This document shows positions 45,122 to 57,216 of a stretch of 64,000 nucleotides of DNA, piece by piece; the first letter of the stretch is position 1, and each line of letters begins with the position of its first letter. The notes under the pieces were generated by a model that ran no database searches, was not told the DNA's origin, and worked only from the letters and a program-made list of their open reading frames with translations. The position numbers were made by a program, and so were the translations under genes. The stretch comes from Flectonema sp. DT1601 (Eukaryota), in contig OZ025795.1 of NCBI GenBank assembly GCA_964019425.1, positions 1-64,000 on the forward strand, in the 5' to 3' direction.

Positions 45122-46506
45122 GTTATTTTTGTTCTGAAGGTGGAAGAGTTGAGGTTGTTTCGTGTTCCTTATTACAAAGTTCGCGAACATTAATATCTAA
45201 CTGGTTCGAAGAGGAACCAGTCTCACTAAGCAAATTCCCTGAAGTATATTGAATAAGTGAGATAGTCAGTTAGGTAAAGTAATTAGATTTATTTATTTAT
45301 TTATTAAAAGATATAAAATAATTCGATCTCGTTGAGAGCAGTTCGGTGTTAAAAAAAAGGAACGAGACTTTTTTTTATTATTGTTCATCCCTTATTGAAA
45401 AGGGAAAAGGAAAAAGAGAAGACAAAAAAGAATCGGCAAATTTCACTTTTTTATTTACTCACCCACACTTTTATTTGTTTGTGCGCAACCGGTAGAAAAT
45501 CCTAATGAAGGAATAGGTAGTTACGCTGCCACAATTATCTTTCTACCGAACAATGGGATTGTAGGTACAAAAATAAAAGATGAATGAAAATATTACAATA
45601 CCGGAATGAAAGTGCAAAGTAACATTCATACAAATCTAACAGAAATCAGATAACTCAGACTCACAATGTTAACACATCGTGTGCTTGAACACCTGTCTCC
45701 TTAATTCATAAATACCACTGCATTGTGATATCCATTACATGAAAGTTTAGTTAAAGAATCGAGTCACCGACGACGTTTGCAGAAAGTTTCACTGCACAAA
45801 GAGAGACTGTAGAGTCACAACAGGTTGGTATCGTAACTATCCTGCATGCATGACAAGAATAAGATCCAGCAACTTGACAAATGATGTCAAACTGAATGCT
45901 ACCATTCATATCAGGAAGTCGATATCCAGAATGCGAGGTGCGCTTGTTAAAGTCTCCAATCTTACGAGAAAGTTAGAAAGCTTACTTTTCAAGATCGAGT
46001 CACTAACAAAGAGGGGGGTAGATGACCGCTTGTTGTCGTCAACATCCCAGACCAAATCTTCTACAGAGAGATGATTGGAAACTTATCATTCGAGGGACCC
46101 CTTTGAAGTGGAATTTCCGTCTTGAAAGCTTTAAATACTCTCGACAACGAGGACAGGAAAACTGAAGGATTTCAAATTCAATCCGTACCTTGAGATCTGA
46201 GATCTGCTACTTCTTCACCAATAATAACTTCACAATTAAATGAAACGCACAAGACACTTTCACATTACCTGAAGTGAGTATCACAAAATAAAAAGAAGAA
46301 GGGATCCACCTTCTTTGAAACGTTAGTAATTGGAGAGAGTCAGAAATAAAAAAGCGGAAGTACTTTTATTAAAATGATGGAAGGATTGAAGGGAGATGTG
46401 GTGGGGCAGTTTGCAGTGACATGAATGTCACAAGAGTCAGGTCTCATCTTAATCAGATGCGAATATCATAATTAAAGAATGAGAATATTGTAACTCCCTT
46501 CGTTTC

Positions 46507-48126
46507 TTATTCTTCGGCATCAATCGGCTCAAGCACCCCGTTGATCTTCATTCCTTCACATAAACCAGGAAGGATTTCGCTACCAAATTTATTAAGAGGA
46601 ACAATGTACGCTAGATTCAGGTCTGGTCCAGTGCTTCCGTGGAACTCGAGTCTCTTCGTCATGTTCGTAATTAAGTTTGCGTATTGCGGGTCCTTTGACA
46701 AGTCGTGTGATTCAGAGATGTCGTCGACTACGTTAAACAGGCAATGAGGAATGCAAGACTTCGTTCCACTGCCTCCTCCGTGTGGCGCACGGCACTGGTT
46801 GCCCTGTTTCTGACCACCAGACTCCCCGAAAGGTGTCGCAGTTGCCGACAACTCTGGCCACTTGAGAATACGCGTGTCACCCACGTTACCGTTGCTCGTA
46901 ATGATCAGCTTGAAGTCACCCATTCGGATTGATGTCACATTCTCACTGAAGTATTGGTTGGCAACCTGGTGCACTACTTCGCTTCTCGGAGAAGCCTCGT
47001 TTGCGAAAATCGCAGGCAGAAGGTTGTGTCCATCAGGAAGGCGAGGTCCAGTGTTTGCAGGAATGCTACCCCCAGCAACACCCTCAACGAATACTTTGTA
47101 CCAATCAGAAGAGTGTGCCAACCCATCCCAGTTGGTACCACGACGTGACTCAGGTACGAGTCCACCAGAAATGAAAGATTCCACACGAACCCCTCCTTCC
47201 CAGAAAGTGTGCTTTCCACCTCTCAATGGAAAGTTGGTAGTGTGGGACAGTGGACCTCCGTTATCAGAAACAACAACAATCAAAGTATTGTCCCACATGT
47301 CATTTGAGTGCAAAGCTGCCGTGATGTTAGCAAAGGACCAGTCGAGTTCAGTCATCACAGCAGACTGCGCCTTGTAAGTATCATTCACAACATACGGATA
47401 CATATCAACAGTGCTGCAGTGAGCCTGAATACCGAGTCCCATACCGACACCGCATGCCAAGTGCACATTTTGCGGAGCGTAGTAAAGGTACAAGGACTCG
47501 TCTTGTGTTACGGACTTGATGATTTTCACGGCCTCTGCAGTAAACACATTCGTCGAGTAAGTCCCGTTCACAGACGTGTCGGCACCTTTGATTGCAGTCA
47601 GCGTGCTGTTTGAGAAATCAAATGCCCTGAAGTCAGGACTCAGATCCTTGCACGAAGTACTCAGAGGAGCCCAGTGATAAAACAAGTCAGCATTGCAGGC
47701 CTGGTAGTAACCAAGAAACGTATCAAATCCTCCTTCTGTTGGGCTGCATTCCTTCTTTGCAAATCCGACATCCCACTTGCCGATTGCGTGGGTGCGGTAT
47801 CCGTTGTCTTTCATGAGCTGAGGGATGAGTGTGAAGTTTTTCGTGCAGTGATCCGTGTCCCGAGTCATGTCGTAGAAACCAGCTCCCCAAGGATACCTTC
47901 CCGTCATCAAACTCGCACGTGAAGGAGAGCAGATCTTAAAGGTATAGTAAGAAGTCAACCTCACTCCTTCCTTAATGAGTTGATTCATTTTCGGTGTCTT
48001 TACTGCATAGTCGTTGTGGACACCAATGTCATTGTATCCCAAGTCATCGACAACAATCTGCACAATGTGAGGCTTCTTCGCTGAAACAACAAACGCTCCA
48101 AGCAAGAGGGTCAAAAGGGTTCTCAT
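46507..48126 (-). CDS. S1 sulfatase, copy 2
   Basis: Same motifs as copy 1. Confidence 0.93.
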   Translation of the reverse strand: MRTLLTLLLGAFVVSAKKPHIVQIVVDDLGYNDIGVHNDYAVKTPKMNQLIKEGVRLTSYYTFKICSPSRASLMTGRYPWGAGFYDMTRDTDHCTKNFTLIPQLMKDNGYRTHAIGKWDVGFAKKECSPTEGGFDTFLGYYQACNADLFYHWAPLSTSCKDLSPDFRAFDFSNSTLTAIKGADTSVNGTYSTNVFTAEAVKIIKSVTQDESLYLYYAPQNVHLACGVGMGLGIQAHCSTVDMYPYVVNDTYKAQSAVMTELDWSFANITAALHSNDMWDNTLIVVVSDNGGPLSHTTNFPLRGGKHTFWEGGVRVESFISGGLVPESRRGTNWDGLAHSSDWYKVFVEGVAGGSIPANTGPRLPDGHNLLPAIFANEASPRSEVVHQVANQYFSENVTSIRMGDFKLIITSNGNVGDTRILKWPELSATATPFGESGGQKQGNQCRAPHGGGSGTKSCIPHCLFNVVDDISESHDLSKDPQYANLITNMTKRLEFHGSTGPDLNLAYIVPLNKFGSEILPGLCEGMKINGVLEPIDAEE

Positions 48127-49005
48127 GTTATTTTTGTTCTGAAGGTGGAAGAGTTGAGGTTGTTTCGTGTTCCTTATTAAAAAGTTCGCGAACATTAATA
48201 TCTAACTAGTTCGAAGACGAACCCCAGGAGGGCGAAGTCGTTGCGATGTAACCATCCATGAGTCTCACTAAGCAAAAGTATCAAAAAAGAAATTCCCTGA
48301 AGTGTATTGAATAAGTGAGATGGTCAGTTAGGTACAGTAATTAGATATAAAATGCTTTCAGGAAATCAAAAAGAATATTTAAAAACGTTGGCAGAGTGGA
48401 CTGTTTACTACGAGAAGTCAGCTGAGGAAATCAGTGACTAATGTGTAGTATTATTCGATTCTTTATCCACTCCAATACGCACTATAGGCATTGGCTACGA
48501 AGACACTATTGACGCCCATTAAACGAGATGGCGAGGATCTCTGTTTATCTTTTTATTTTTTGATTGCAATTGTAACCAACTTCCGGAAATACAAGAACCA
48601 GAATGCAGTGATAAGAGTTTTTTCGAAACAAAACACTTTACTATCAAAGTCGGATGAACAAAGGGAAAGATCAAAGTAAAAGTAATAACGTTACAATACC
48701 AACCAGATAATAGAATTGAGTAACAATTCCACGATGAGGGAGGCAAGACTCATCACAATAAAATCTGCAGCTGCCTAACTCACAGACCACGCACTCGGAT
48801 TACTGAGCCATTCACCAAATCAGCTTTGTCCTCCCACGGCAGCACTTGTCCAGCAGAAAGTATAGAAACTGATTGGCTGCAGAACTTTTGATATTTATTG
48901 TAACACATTGTCACTGAAGAGAGCATTTATTGTCAGCAATACAATGCTGAAATACTGACGACTCTCGGCGAGGTGGTCCTCACCAAGCATCCGCAGGAAA
49001 GATTT

Positions 49006-49042
<37 letters not shown>

Positions 49043-49137
49043 GAAACGATGGGAATCATTTTGAAAAAACTAATTTTATAAATCTCAAAAACGTAATTCA
49101 GAACTCACTCTCGATGAGCAAGTTAGTAAACCGATAT

Positions 49138-50748
49138 TTATAATTCTTTCAAATCTACCGGCTCAAGCACCCCGTTGGTCTTCATTCCTTCACACATTGC
49201 TGGAAGGAGCTCGTTTCCAGTAGCGACGTACGCTATATTAGGATTTGGTCCAGTGCTTCCGTGGAACTCGAGTCTCTTCGTCATGTTCGTAATTAAGTTT
49301 GCGTATTGCGAGTCCTTTGACAAGTCGTGTGATTCAGAGATGTCGTCGACTACGTTAAACAGGCAATGAGGAATGCAAGACTTCGTTCCACTGCCTCCTC
49401 CGTGTGGCGCACGGCACTGGTTGCCCTGTTTCTGACCACCAGACTCCCCGAAAGGTGTCGCAGTTTCTGACAACTCTGGCCACTTGAGAATACGCGTGTC
49501 ACCGACGTTACCGTTGCTCGTAATGATCAGCTTGAAGTCACCCATTCGGATTGACGTTACATGTTCAGTGAAGTATTGGTTGGCAACCTGGTGCACTACT
49601 TCGCTTCTCGGAGAAGCCTCGTTTGCGAAAATCGCAGGCAGAAGGTTGTGTCCATCAGGAAGGCGAGGTCCAGTGTTTGCAGGAATGCTACCCCCAGCAA
49701 CACCCTCAACGAATACTTTGTACCAATCAGAAGAGTGTGCCAACCCATCCCAGTTGGTACCACGACGTGACTCAGGTACGAGTCCACCAGAAATGAAAGA
49801 TTCCACACGAACCCCTCCTTCCCAGAAAGTGTGCTTTCCACCTCTCATTGGATAGTTGGTAGTGTGGGACAGTGGACCTCCGTTATCAGAAACAACAACA
49901 ACTAACGTGTTGTCCCACATGTCATTTGAATGTAAGGCTGCTGTGATGTTGGAGATTGCCCAGTCGAGTTCGGTCATCACAGCAGACTGCGCCTTGTAAG
50001 TATCATTCACAACATACGGATACATATCAACAGTGCTGCAGTGAGCCTGAATACCGAGTCCCATTCCAAAACCGCATGCCAAATGCACATTTTGCGGAGC
50101 GTAGTAAAGGTACAAGGACTCGTCTTGTGTAACGGACTTGATGATTTTCACGGCCTCCTCAGTAAACACATTCGTCGAGTAAGTCCCGTTCACAGACGTG
50201 TCGGCACCTTTGATTGCAGTCATCGTGTTGTTTGAGAAATCAAATGCCTTGTAGTCGGAACTCAGATTTTTACATGAGCTAGTCAAGTAGGTCCAGTGGT
50301 AAAACAAGTCAGCATTGCAAGCTAAGTAGTAACCAAGAAACGAATCAAATCCTCTTTCTGTTGGGGTGCATTCTTGCTTGGCAAATCCGACATCCCACTT
50401 GCCGATTGCGTGGGTGCGGTATCCGTTGTCTTTCATGAGCTGAGGGATGAGTGTGAAGTTCTTTGTGCAGTGATCTTCGTCCCGAGTCATGTCGTAGAAA
50501 CCAGCTCCCCAAGGATACCTTCCCGTCATCATACTCGCACGTGTGGGAGAGCAGATCTTAAATGCATAATAAGAAGTCAACCTCACTCCTTCCTTAATGA
50601 GTTGATTCATTTTCGGTGTCTTTACTGCATAGTCGTTGTGGACACCAATATCATTGTATCCCAAGTCATCGACAACAATCTGCACAATGTGAGGCTTCTT
50701 CGCTGAAACAACAAACGCTCCAAGCAGGAGGGTCAAAAGGGTTCTCAT
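49138..50748 (-). CDS. S1 sulfatase, copy 3 (more diverged)
   Basis: CSPTR motif; different C-terminus and flanks. Confidence 0.93.
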   Translation of the reverse strand: MRTLLTLLLGAFVVSAKKPHIVQIVVDDLGYNDIGVHNDYAVKTPKMNQLIKEGVRLTSYYAFKICSPTRASMMTGRYPWGAGFYDMTRDEDHCTKNFTLIPQLMKDNGYRTHAIGKWDVGFAKQECTPTERGFDSFLGYYLACNADLFYHWTYLTSSCKNLSSDYKAFDFSNNTMTAIKGADTSVNGTYSTNVFTEEAVKIIKSVTQDESLYLYYAPQNVHLACGFGMGLGIQAHCSTVDMYPYVVNDTYKAQSAVMTELDWAISNITAALHSNDMWDNTLVVVVSDNGGPLSHTTNYPMRGGKHTFWEGGVRVESFISGGLVPESRRGTNWDGLAHSSDWYKVFVEGVAGGSIPANTGPRLPDGHNLLPAIFANEASPRSEVVHQVANQYFTEHVTSIRMGDFKLIITSNGNVGDTRILKWPELSETATPFGESGGQKQGNQCRAPHGGGSGTKSCIPHCLFNVVDDISESHDLSKDSQYANLITNMTKRLEFHGSTGPNPNIAYVATGNELLPAMCEGMKTNGVLEPVDLKEL

Positions 50749-52062
50749 TTTTGCGAATAGTGTGGCTGCAATGAAAATAATGATAACAATCGAATAACTG
50801 ACCCAATTGCTGTTCTTACAAAAAGTAAAGGCTGAAATACTTCCCTGAAGGAAATGAAATAAAAAAACTTCTGAAGCAGTTGATTTACGAAGAACTTATT
50901 GCAGAATATCATAAAAAGTGTCGCAATTGATTACTCTCACTTAAGAGGTCGTCGGGTTGCTGGACAAAACACAAAACAATGCCTCGGGAAAGGGAAAGAA
51001 GAAGCAAAGTCCTGACGAAACACAAAGTAGACCGAAGGACAGTGAACAGCAATAGTTGTAAATTTATTGCGACTAATGAGGGGCCAATAGATTGCAATGA
51101 GAAATCGAAAAAGAAATATACACCACACAATAATACTTCACCTCGAAACAGCAGGTTACTAATTCTTGAATAAATAGACCCGTCAGCAGTATTGAAAGCC
51201 AGCCAACATTTGAAAGAAAAGCCTTCGAACAAAAGAGTCTGACGGGACTTATTAAATTCAAAAATAAATTCCGATAATTAACTGCTGTTGAATAAATAAG
51301 AATCTCTCAAACGTGTGGTGTCGGTTCAATAATGTCAGAAGTCGTAAGTCAGCAGGGCTGCAAGACTCTGAAGCAACAAATAACAATTTAGCATTTGATC
51401 ACAACTGGGAAATGCTTCCCAAAGCCTCAATGCTATTAAGAAACGAACAGCAAATGGAAAAATATTTCTATCCTCACAAAAGCCTAAAACTGTTTTATTG
51501 ACTAACCTCTCAGTTGTTGTCTGTTAATTCAATCACAGGAGGTGTTTTTTATCATAAAACAGGCCAGAAACAAATAGTAAGCAACTAAACAGAAAAAAAC
51601 GACAAACGAAAACAGAAAAAAACGAAAAGGAAAAGCAAAAGATATAACTGTAAAAAGTTTATATTGCACTGACAGAGGCAAAAGTATCCAACCACTTGTG
51701 ATTGCGATCGAGCTTTTCTTTCTCACTCGCAATTGAAGGAGAAAGAAGCTCACAGAAAGCATGGAGGTATCACAAGTGGGTTCGAACGATAGTGTTAGGC
51801 CAGAATGTTATCTAACAGCGTCTAATTATTCTACAATAAGACTTTTAAGTATAACACATCTTTGTAGATACTCACAACAAGCTGTGGTACAAAGTCCAGG
51901 ACAGAAGTACGATTAAGTATATCACAGTGTGAACAAACCGATAAATACGTTGCCAACTTCTATCTCGTCGGTGTTGATGAATTCTTGGATGAGCTGGCTT
52001 TTTGCAATCGCCTGTTTGTTAATTATTATTTAATAAAATATTGAAGACAATAATAACACTTT

Positions 52063-53211
52063 TCATAAACTGCACAAATTGTGACAGGAAACCATAACAT
52101 ACCCGAGTAGGATATCAGGAAGTAATCGTTTACCACGAACTACTTCGTAATCAGACATGCCGCGATACACTTGGTGAACCATTTGCTCTACTCCTCGAAG
52201 TTTTAAATAAAACCCTTTGTCGTGAAGCGCTACCTTCTCGCAATCAGTGCGATTTCTTTTTACTGGCCATATTGGAGATATAGTCCACGGCATTCCTGTT
52301 GCTGAAGGAGGTTCTTCTTCTTGTAAGATAGTTTGTAGATGGATTGTCCCGCCAACTATCCAAATCTCAGCCCAGTAAGGACCGGGAGCTATGCGAATGA
52401 TCCACCGTTCTCGACGGGTTCCGGAAAGAGAATGAGCGCCAATCCACTTTCGAGCTCCATCAGCGAAGACAACTTCTAAATCATCGCTGTCGATATCTTC
52501 GACTCTCCCTTCCTTCTCGTAATACTTTGCTACACTTGATGATCCTCCACTAATGTCAGATCCTTCTGGTCCAGTCTTTGATGAACCTCCGACACTTGGT
52601 GTTACACGAACTGTAGCACCCAACTCCTTTCCGTCTTCATTCCATCGAACTCCAACTGTTACACTTCTGAGACATTGTTCTGTGAATCGAATTGGAATCT
52701 TTCCATGTTTCTCAACATAAGATCGAAGGAAGAATAAAACATAATGAACACCATGCTGTCCAAGATGAGAGTACCAAGTCTTACAAACAGTTGTGAGTGA
52801 CATAACATTTGAAAGAGAAATGTAATCAAAGATCAGAGGGAAGGCGAATGTCGGAATTACAGTACGCGGTTCGGTACCTGCAGCTTCAGGAAGTGGTATC
52901 GTTGAAGCCAATGTAGAGATGCTGATGGCAGTAGCTGGAAGATGTGATCTGAAGTCCGCCTGAAATGCTCCAAAACAGGCTGTTTCTAACGCCATCATAC
53001 CTCCTCTAATATCTCGTTCTTCATTAGCAACCATTGCTGTGGCATGCAAACTATCAGACTTTGCGATTACATAGGACAGCTCACTAGCCTTCTCATAAAA
53101 ATATAAATCAGTTGATGAGTCAGAATCTTCATCGCACTCTAACTCTTTATCAGTTTGGTGGATTGAAACCTCCTCAATTCGGGTATCAGGTCTCGTGTGT
53201 GATGATCCCAT
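52063..53211 (-). CDS. Protein with an F-box-like motif and possible N-myristoylation (MGSS)
   Basis: IPTFAFPLIFDYISLSNVMSLTTVCKTW resembles an F-box. Confidence 0.65.
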   Translation of the reverse strand: MGSSHTRPDTRIEEVSIHQTDKELECDEDSDSSTDLYFYEKASELSYVIAKSDSLHATAMVANEERDIRGGMMALETACFGAFQADFRSHLPATAISISTLASTIPLPEAAGTEPRTVIPTFAFPLIFDYISLSNVMSLTTVCKTWYSHLGQHGVHYVLFFLRSYVEKHGKIPIRFTEQCLRSVTVGVRWNEDGKELGATVRVTPSVGGSSKTGPEGSDISGGSSSVAKYYEKEGRVEDIDSDDLEVVFADGARKWIGAHSLSGTRRERWIIRIAPGPYWAEIWIVGGTIHLQTILQEEEPPSATGMPWTISPIWPVKRNRTDCEKVALHDKGFYLKLRGVEQMVHQVYRGMSDYEVVRGKRLLPDILLGYVMVSCHNLCSL

Positions 53212-53441
53212 TTCTGTTGTTCCTTCGTAATGAAAATAGTTATTATTAATACTCTCTCCAAGAATTCACTGAACGCAGCTCGCACTGTAATTTCATATTG
53301 CTGTACTGAAATAAGTAAAAAACTTCCAACAGTAACTAAAAGTTAACAACAGTTGTAAAGAAAAGATGAATCTGAGTAGTGTTTTAATATTTGTTTTATT
53401 GACAACCAGACAGCCCCAAGGACTGAGGACTCGTTTGTGTA

Positions 53442-53741
53442 CTATCCGTGTTGAGTGAAACACTGACAATAGCCTTCTGTCTCACTATTCGGTGTCACTA
53501 CTGCAGCACCGATGAGTCCAGTGAGCATACCACCTCCAGCAGCAAGTGGCACCAGTGGTGATGGTAGTCCACTTGCTAAAACTGCTGCCCCTCCCAGAAA
53601 CCCTCCTCCAACAGCACCGGCTCCAACAGCTACAGCCTTTCTAAAATCTGCACAAGGTGATTCCCGACTGCATCTTCGGTACTCACAATCTAAAACCCCC
53701 GGAACATTTCTATTGTAGCAGATTTTACTCGCCGAAGGCAT
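53442..53741 (-). CDS. Small Cys-containing protein with a glycine-zipper-like hydrophobic hairpin (99 aa)
   Basis: ATG-initiated ORF; AVGAGAVGGGFLGGAAV...GGGMLTGLIGAAV. Confidence 0.6.
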   Translation of the reverse strand: MPSASKICYNRNVPGVLDCEYRRCSRESPCADFRKAVAVGAGAVGGGFLGGAAVLASGLPSPLVPLAAGGGMLTGLIGAAVVTPNSETEGYCQCFTQHG

Positions 53742-54857
53742 GCTGTGTGTGTAACATTTGTACTTTTCAACTGCTGTGAATTACTTAAAGTTGACGGCAG
53801 ACAAGAGAACAGAAAACACACAACTCACAAGGCGAGGAACCATTTCTACAGAGAGATGAGAACTAATAAAGTGTTAAATGTATTTCGATCGAAGGAACCA
53901 GAACCCTCCCAAGAGTCGTTATTACTTTCACTCATTTGGTAGGATGTGAAGCTGTGAACAAGACTTCTCATCAAAGTCTAACAAATAATATTACTCACTA
54001 CTCAGAACACCAACTAAGGAAAACTGAAAAATTTCTGTGACAAGCATTCTCCTCCTTTTTTCCACTCTGAGCCCTTTTTCTTTTCACAGGAAGGCTTTCT
54101 CTACGACGTTTAGCATGCCACTAGTTCCAGTGAATAACTCGACCAAGAGCATATGTTTAGAGGAACTCACAGTGTGTGTCTCAAGATCAAGATTGCGTAA
54201 TTTGATATTATTACTTTGGAATGTTAAAAAGGAAAAAGAAAAGCTATTCTCCCATTTTATTTTAAATGAAATAAATCCATTCGACGGAGTGAACACTTTG
54301 ATATCATACGCGTGAGTTACTAATTTAAAATCACCTTTTTAAGGAAGCTAAGAAACAAAGACAATTGATATTGAGATGCTGAGAGAGACTTCAGTCCTTC
54401 TCGGAGTGACTCCGCACGCACATCGAGATATTTGCCTTTCGGAAAACATTCTTTTTGTGGTGTTTTTTTTTTCAATCATGTCAAATGTGATTGTTACAAC
54501 AACAATCTCACAATAATTTCCACCCAGTTTGTGATACAAAGTTTGAAAAAGAGAAAAATAATTTTTTTTTTTTTTTTTTTTTTGGAAAACGGAAAAGAAC
54601 GGAAAACGAAGATGATCAATTTTCTAACGCACGCAGACCTATTATCTGGAACAACGCTCGCTTAGTAAAAAGAGGAACCAGCCTACTGAAGCAGTGATAA
54701 TATTATCAAACTAACGTTCGATCCAAACCTGCATATTAACTGAGGACTGCCATGTAAAGAGGGAACATAAAATAGCAAAGCGGATGAAGTCCAATAATGA
54801 GGCTACCATACAATAGATTTTCTTGAGTAGTTACTTAACAAAATGATCATATGATTC

Positions 54858-55928
54858 TCATAGGGAATACAGGAAGGTAGCGGAGGTAACTAAAATTCCT
54901 CCGAAAACGAATACAAATGTCGGTTGGAATCCAAACAACCACCAGGAAACGATGGCCACCAAGATGATGGAAAACGCCTTGGCAAAACCTTTGAGGACGT
55001 TATCAGCGAATTTAACGCACATGGCGACGATGATTCCTCCTGCAGCCTGGAGTACAACAATGGCCCAGGTGAATACATCAAATCCTTGAAAGAAATAAAG
55101 TTCCTGTCCAACTACAGTCACTGTTTGATATGTTGACATGTAGTAACCAGCAATCCCAAACAGAAATGAGAACCAAGAGAGGAAGATGTTCCGCATCCAA
55201 AGATCCACTTCATCAGATCTTTCATCTTTCTTTAGTAGTTTTTCAAAGTAAACACCTCCAAAGGAAGCAGCCATAGCACCAACGAAGGTACAGATTAATC
55301 CAAAAGTAACATTCTGTTCCTTATTACTATTATCACTTGACTTCGATCCATTCCATGAACATAAAATAATCCCAAGAGCTAAAGTGATTAGTGCGATCCA
55401 TTTCGTGACAGAGAATTTGCTACCGAGAAGTACTATCGACCACCCAGCAGTCAATAATACCTTAGACTGCGTACACAATTGAAATAGCGTCACTTCCATG
55501 TTAGCGAGTGCGTAGTAAATCAACCCCGATGCTAAAGTATAAAAGCAGGCAGGGACGAAACACTGAAGACACGATTTGCGATGATTTGTTACTTCCGATG
55601 TGATGGCAGCAATAGCTCCACGACTATCAGTAAGTTGTACCAAAATTAAGGAAATTATTATTTTCATGATTTCGGTGCATATCACCACCGAGGCCGGGAT
55701 GAAAGGGTCACCTGTCTTCATCCCAGCAGCGTACCTGGTTATTAATACAAGCGATGCATTCTGAAATACTAATGCAAGCAGACTTAGATACCCTGCAAGT
55801 TTAATATTCAGCCCGCCACTTGGTTTTGGTGCATCCTCTCCTGGTCCTTTCTCGACGTGATAATTATTATTTTCATTGAGATTCTCAGACCCGTTTTCTA
55901 AATCAATAGTCTTGTGTGATCCATCCAT
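54858..55928 (-). CDS. Nucleotide-sugar transporter (SLC35A UDP-Gal/CMP-Sia family)
   Basis: QNASLVLITRY, EIMK, VPACFY, Q.KVLLTA, GVYFEKLLK, KFADNVLKGFA; multiple TM segments. Confidence 0.92.
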   Translation of the reverse strand: MDGSHKTIDLENGSENLNENNNYHVEKGPGEDAPKPSGGLNIKLAGYLSLLALVFQNASLVLITRYAAGMKTGDPFIPASVVICTEIMKIIISLILVQLTDSRGAIAAITSEVTNHRKSCLQCFVPACFYTLASGLIYYALANMEVTLFQLCTQSKVLLTAGWSIVLLGSKFSVTKWIALITLALGIILCSWNGSKSSDNSNKEQNVTFGLICTFVGAMAASFGGVYFEKLLKKDERSDEVDLWMRNIFLSWFSFLFGIAGYYMSTYQTVTVVGQELYFFQGFDVFTWAIVVLQAAGGIIVAMCVKFADNVLKGFAKAFSIILVAIVSWWLFGFQPTFVFVFGGILVTSATFLYSL

Positions 55929-57078
55929 CGTTGTTATGATACTGAAGAGTTGAGAAAGTTATTATTTGAGTTTACTTGTTAGTTAGTTAGTGTGGGGTCT
56001 ATTGCAGCTCTTCGATGCCCAATAAAAACTTCCGACACCAACTTTGCCAATAGAAATGATGATACTCAAAAGAAGTCAAACGCGTGTTCGCTTCGTGGAA
56101 GCTGCGTCACGTACTCAATTTGCGCGTGGATAACACAGCGGCAGTACCCCCTAAGTTTATTTTTATAAAATGAATTTAATGAAATAAGAGATAATGAAAA
56201 CTCTGAAATGCCCCCTTTTTCCCTAAATTATTAAATAAATTGTTCTACAACTCCTTATGACTTCATATTGTCGTCTTATTGCTTTGGGAAGATTAATTAT
56301 TTTTAAGATTTTCTCAACTAGCTTCATAAATGGAAGATCTGTACCACCGTTTACTCCCGTTGAGGAAGAAACAAAACAACTGCCAGCAAAGATAGATATG
56401 GTGTGTTTATTTTTATTTTTCTTTTTTTTTTTTTACCTCTTTTTTTATTTTATTTGTTACTCTAGATCCATTACCCCAATCACATTTCATAAAATACAGG
56501 TGGACCTCCTTATCTGACAAAATCACAACAGCAAAACCCTGCTATGCGAACCCATTCGTCAAAAGCAGGATAGAAATTCGTGTCGTATCCTTCTTGCTAG
56601 TCCGATACAGCTCTACAGCTGAGACAACAACAGTACTTGCCGGTACTATACGTACACTAAAACATACGGGTAAGGTTCCAAATAGGAACCTGCATCATAA
56701 ACGCTACACTCCAAAATTCATTCGAAAAAGAGGAAAAGTATATTAAATATAAAACGAAAAGACAGAGGGGGGGGACTCGACACCAGAATTACTTGTGAAG
56801 CAAGCTGAAGTAAGTTTTCGCCGACGACAGGTTACTTCGTGAGAAGACCAACAATTGGTGTCGAGATGTCCTATTTTAGTGTTGTCGAATATGGGGATTC
56901 GAGGGGAGGGAACAAAATATTTTTTAGAAATGGTTTTAAAGATTGTTTTCATCAGTTAGATCCACGCTCATCATCCATGGCGGAAACATCAGTCGAGTTG
57001 ATTCTGTCATCTCCCTTTGGTCCTCTGTTTTATTTTATTAAGATTAATTTATCAGATGAAGGTAACAATGAATGTGAA

Positions 57079-57216
57079 CTACACATACCCGTGACCCTTG
57101 TGGGTTCCCTGGGGTACCATTGATCTGTCAACTCCATGTCCTTTAGCAGTCTCCTTGTATTCAGGGACGTGCTTGTTGGTCTCCTTGTGCTCCTGGACTT
57201 CGTCACGGGATGGCAT
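57079..57216 (-). CDS. Possible 45-aa microprotein (MPSRDEVQEHKETNKHVPEYKETAKGHG...)
   Basis: ATG after an A-run as in neighbouring genes; GC-richer than its flanks; internal E.KET and KGHG repeats. Confidence 0.45.
   Translation of the reverse strand: MPSRDEVQEHKETNKHVPEYKETAKGHGVDRSMVPQGTHKGHGYV

Larger units (their letters stand above)
42475..48340. repeat. Recent ~3-kb tandem duplication carrying sulfatase copies 1 and 2
   Basis: Near-identical intergenic and coding sequence at offset ~3005. Confidence 0.92.

Noticed and set aside
42845..46074. Identical 74-aa plus-strand ORFs at 42845 and 45850
   Set aside because: Identity is explained by the recent duplication; they lie opposite the coding strand and have no recognisable motif.
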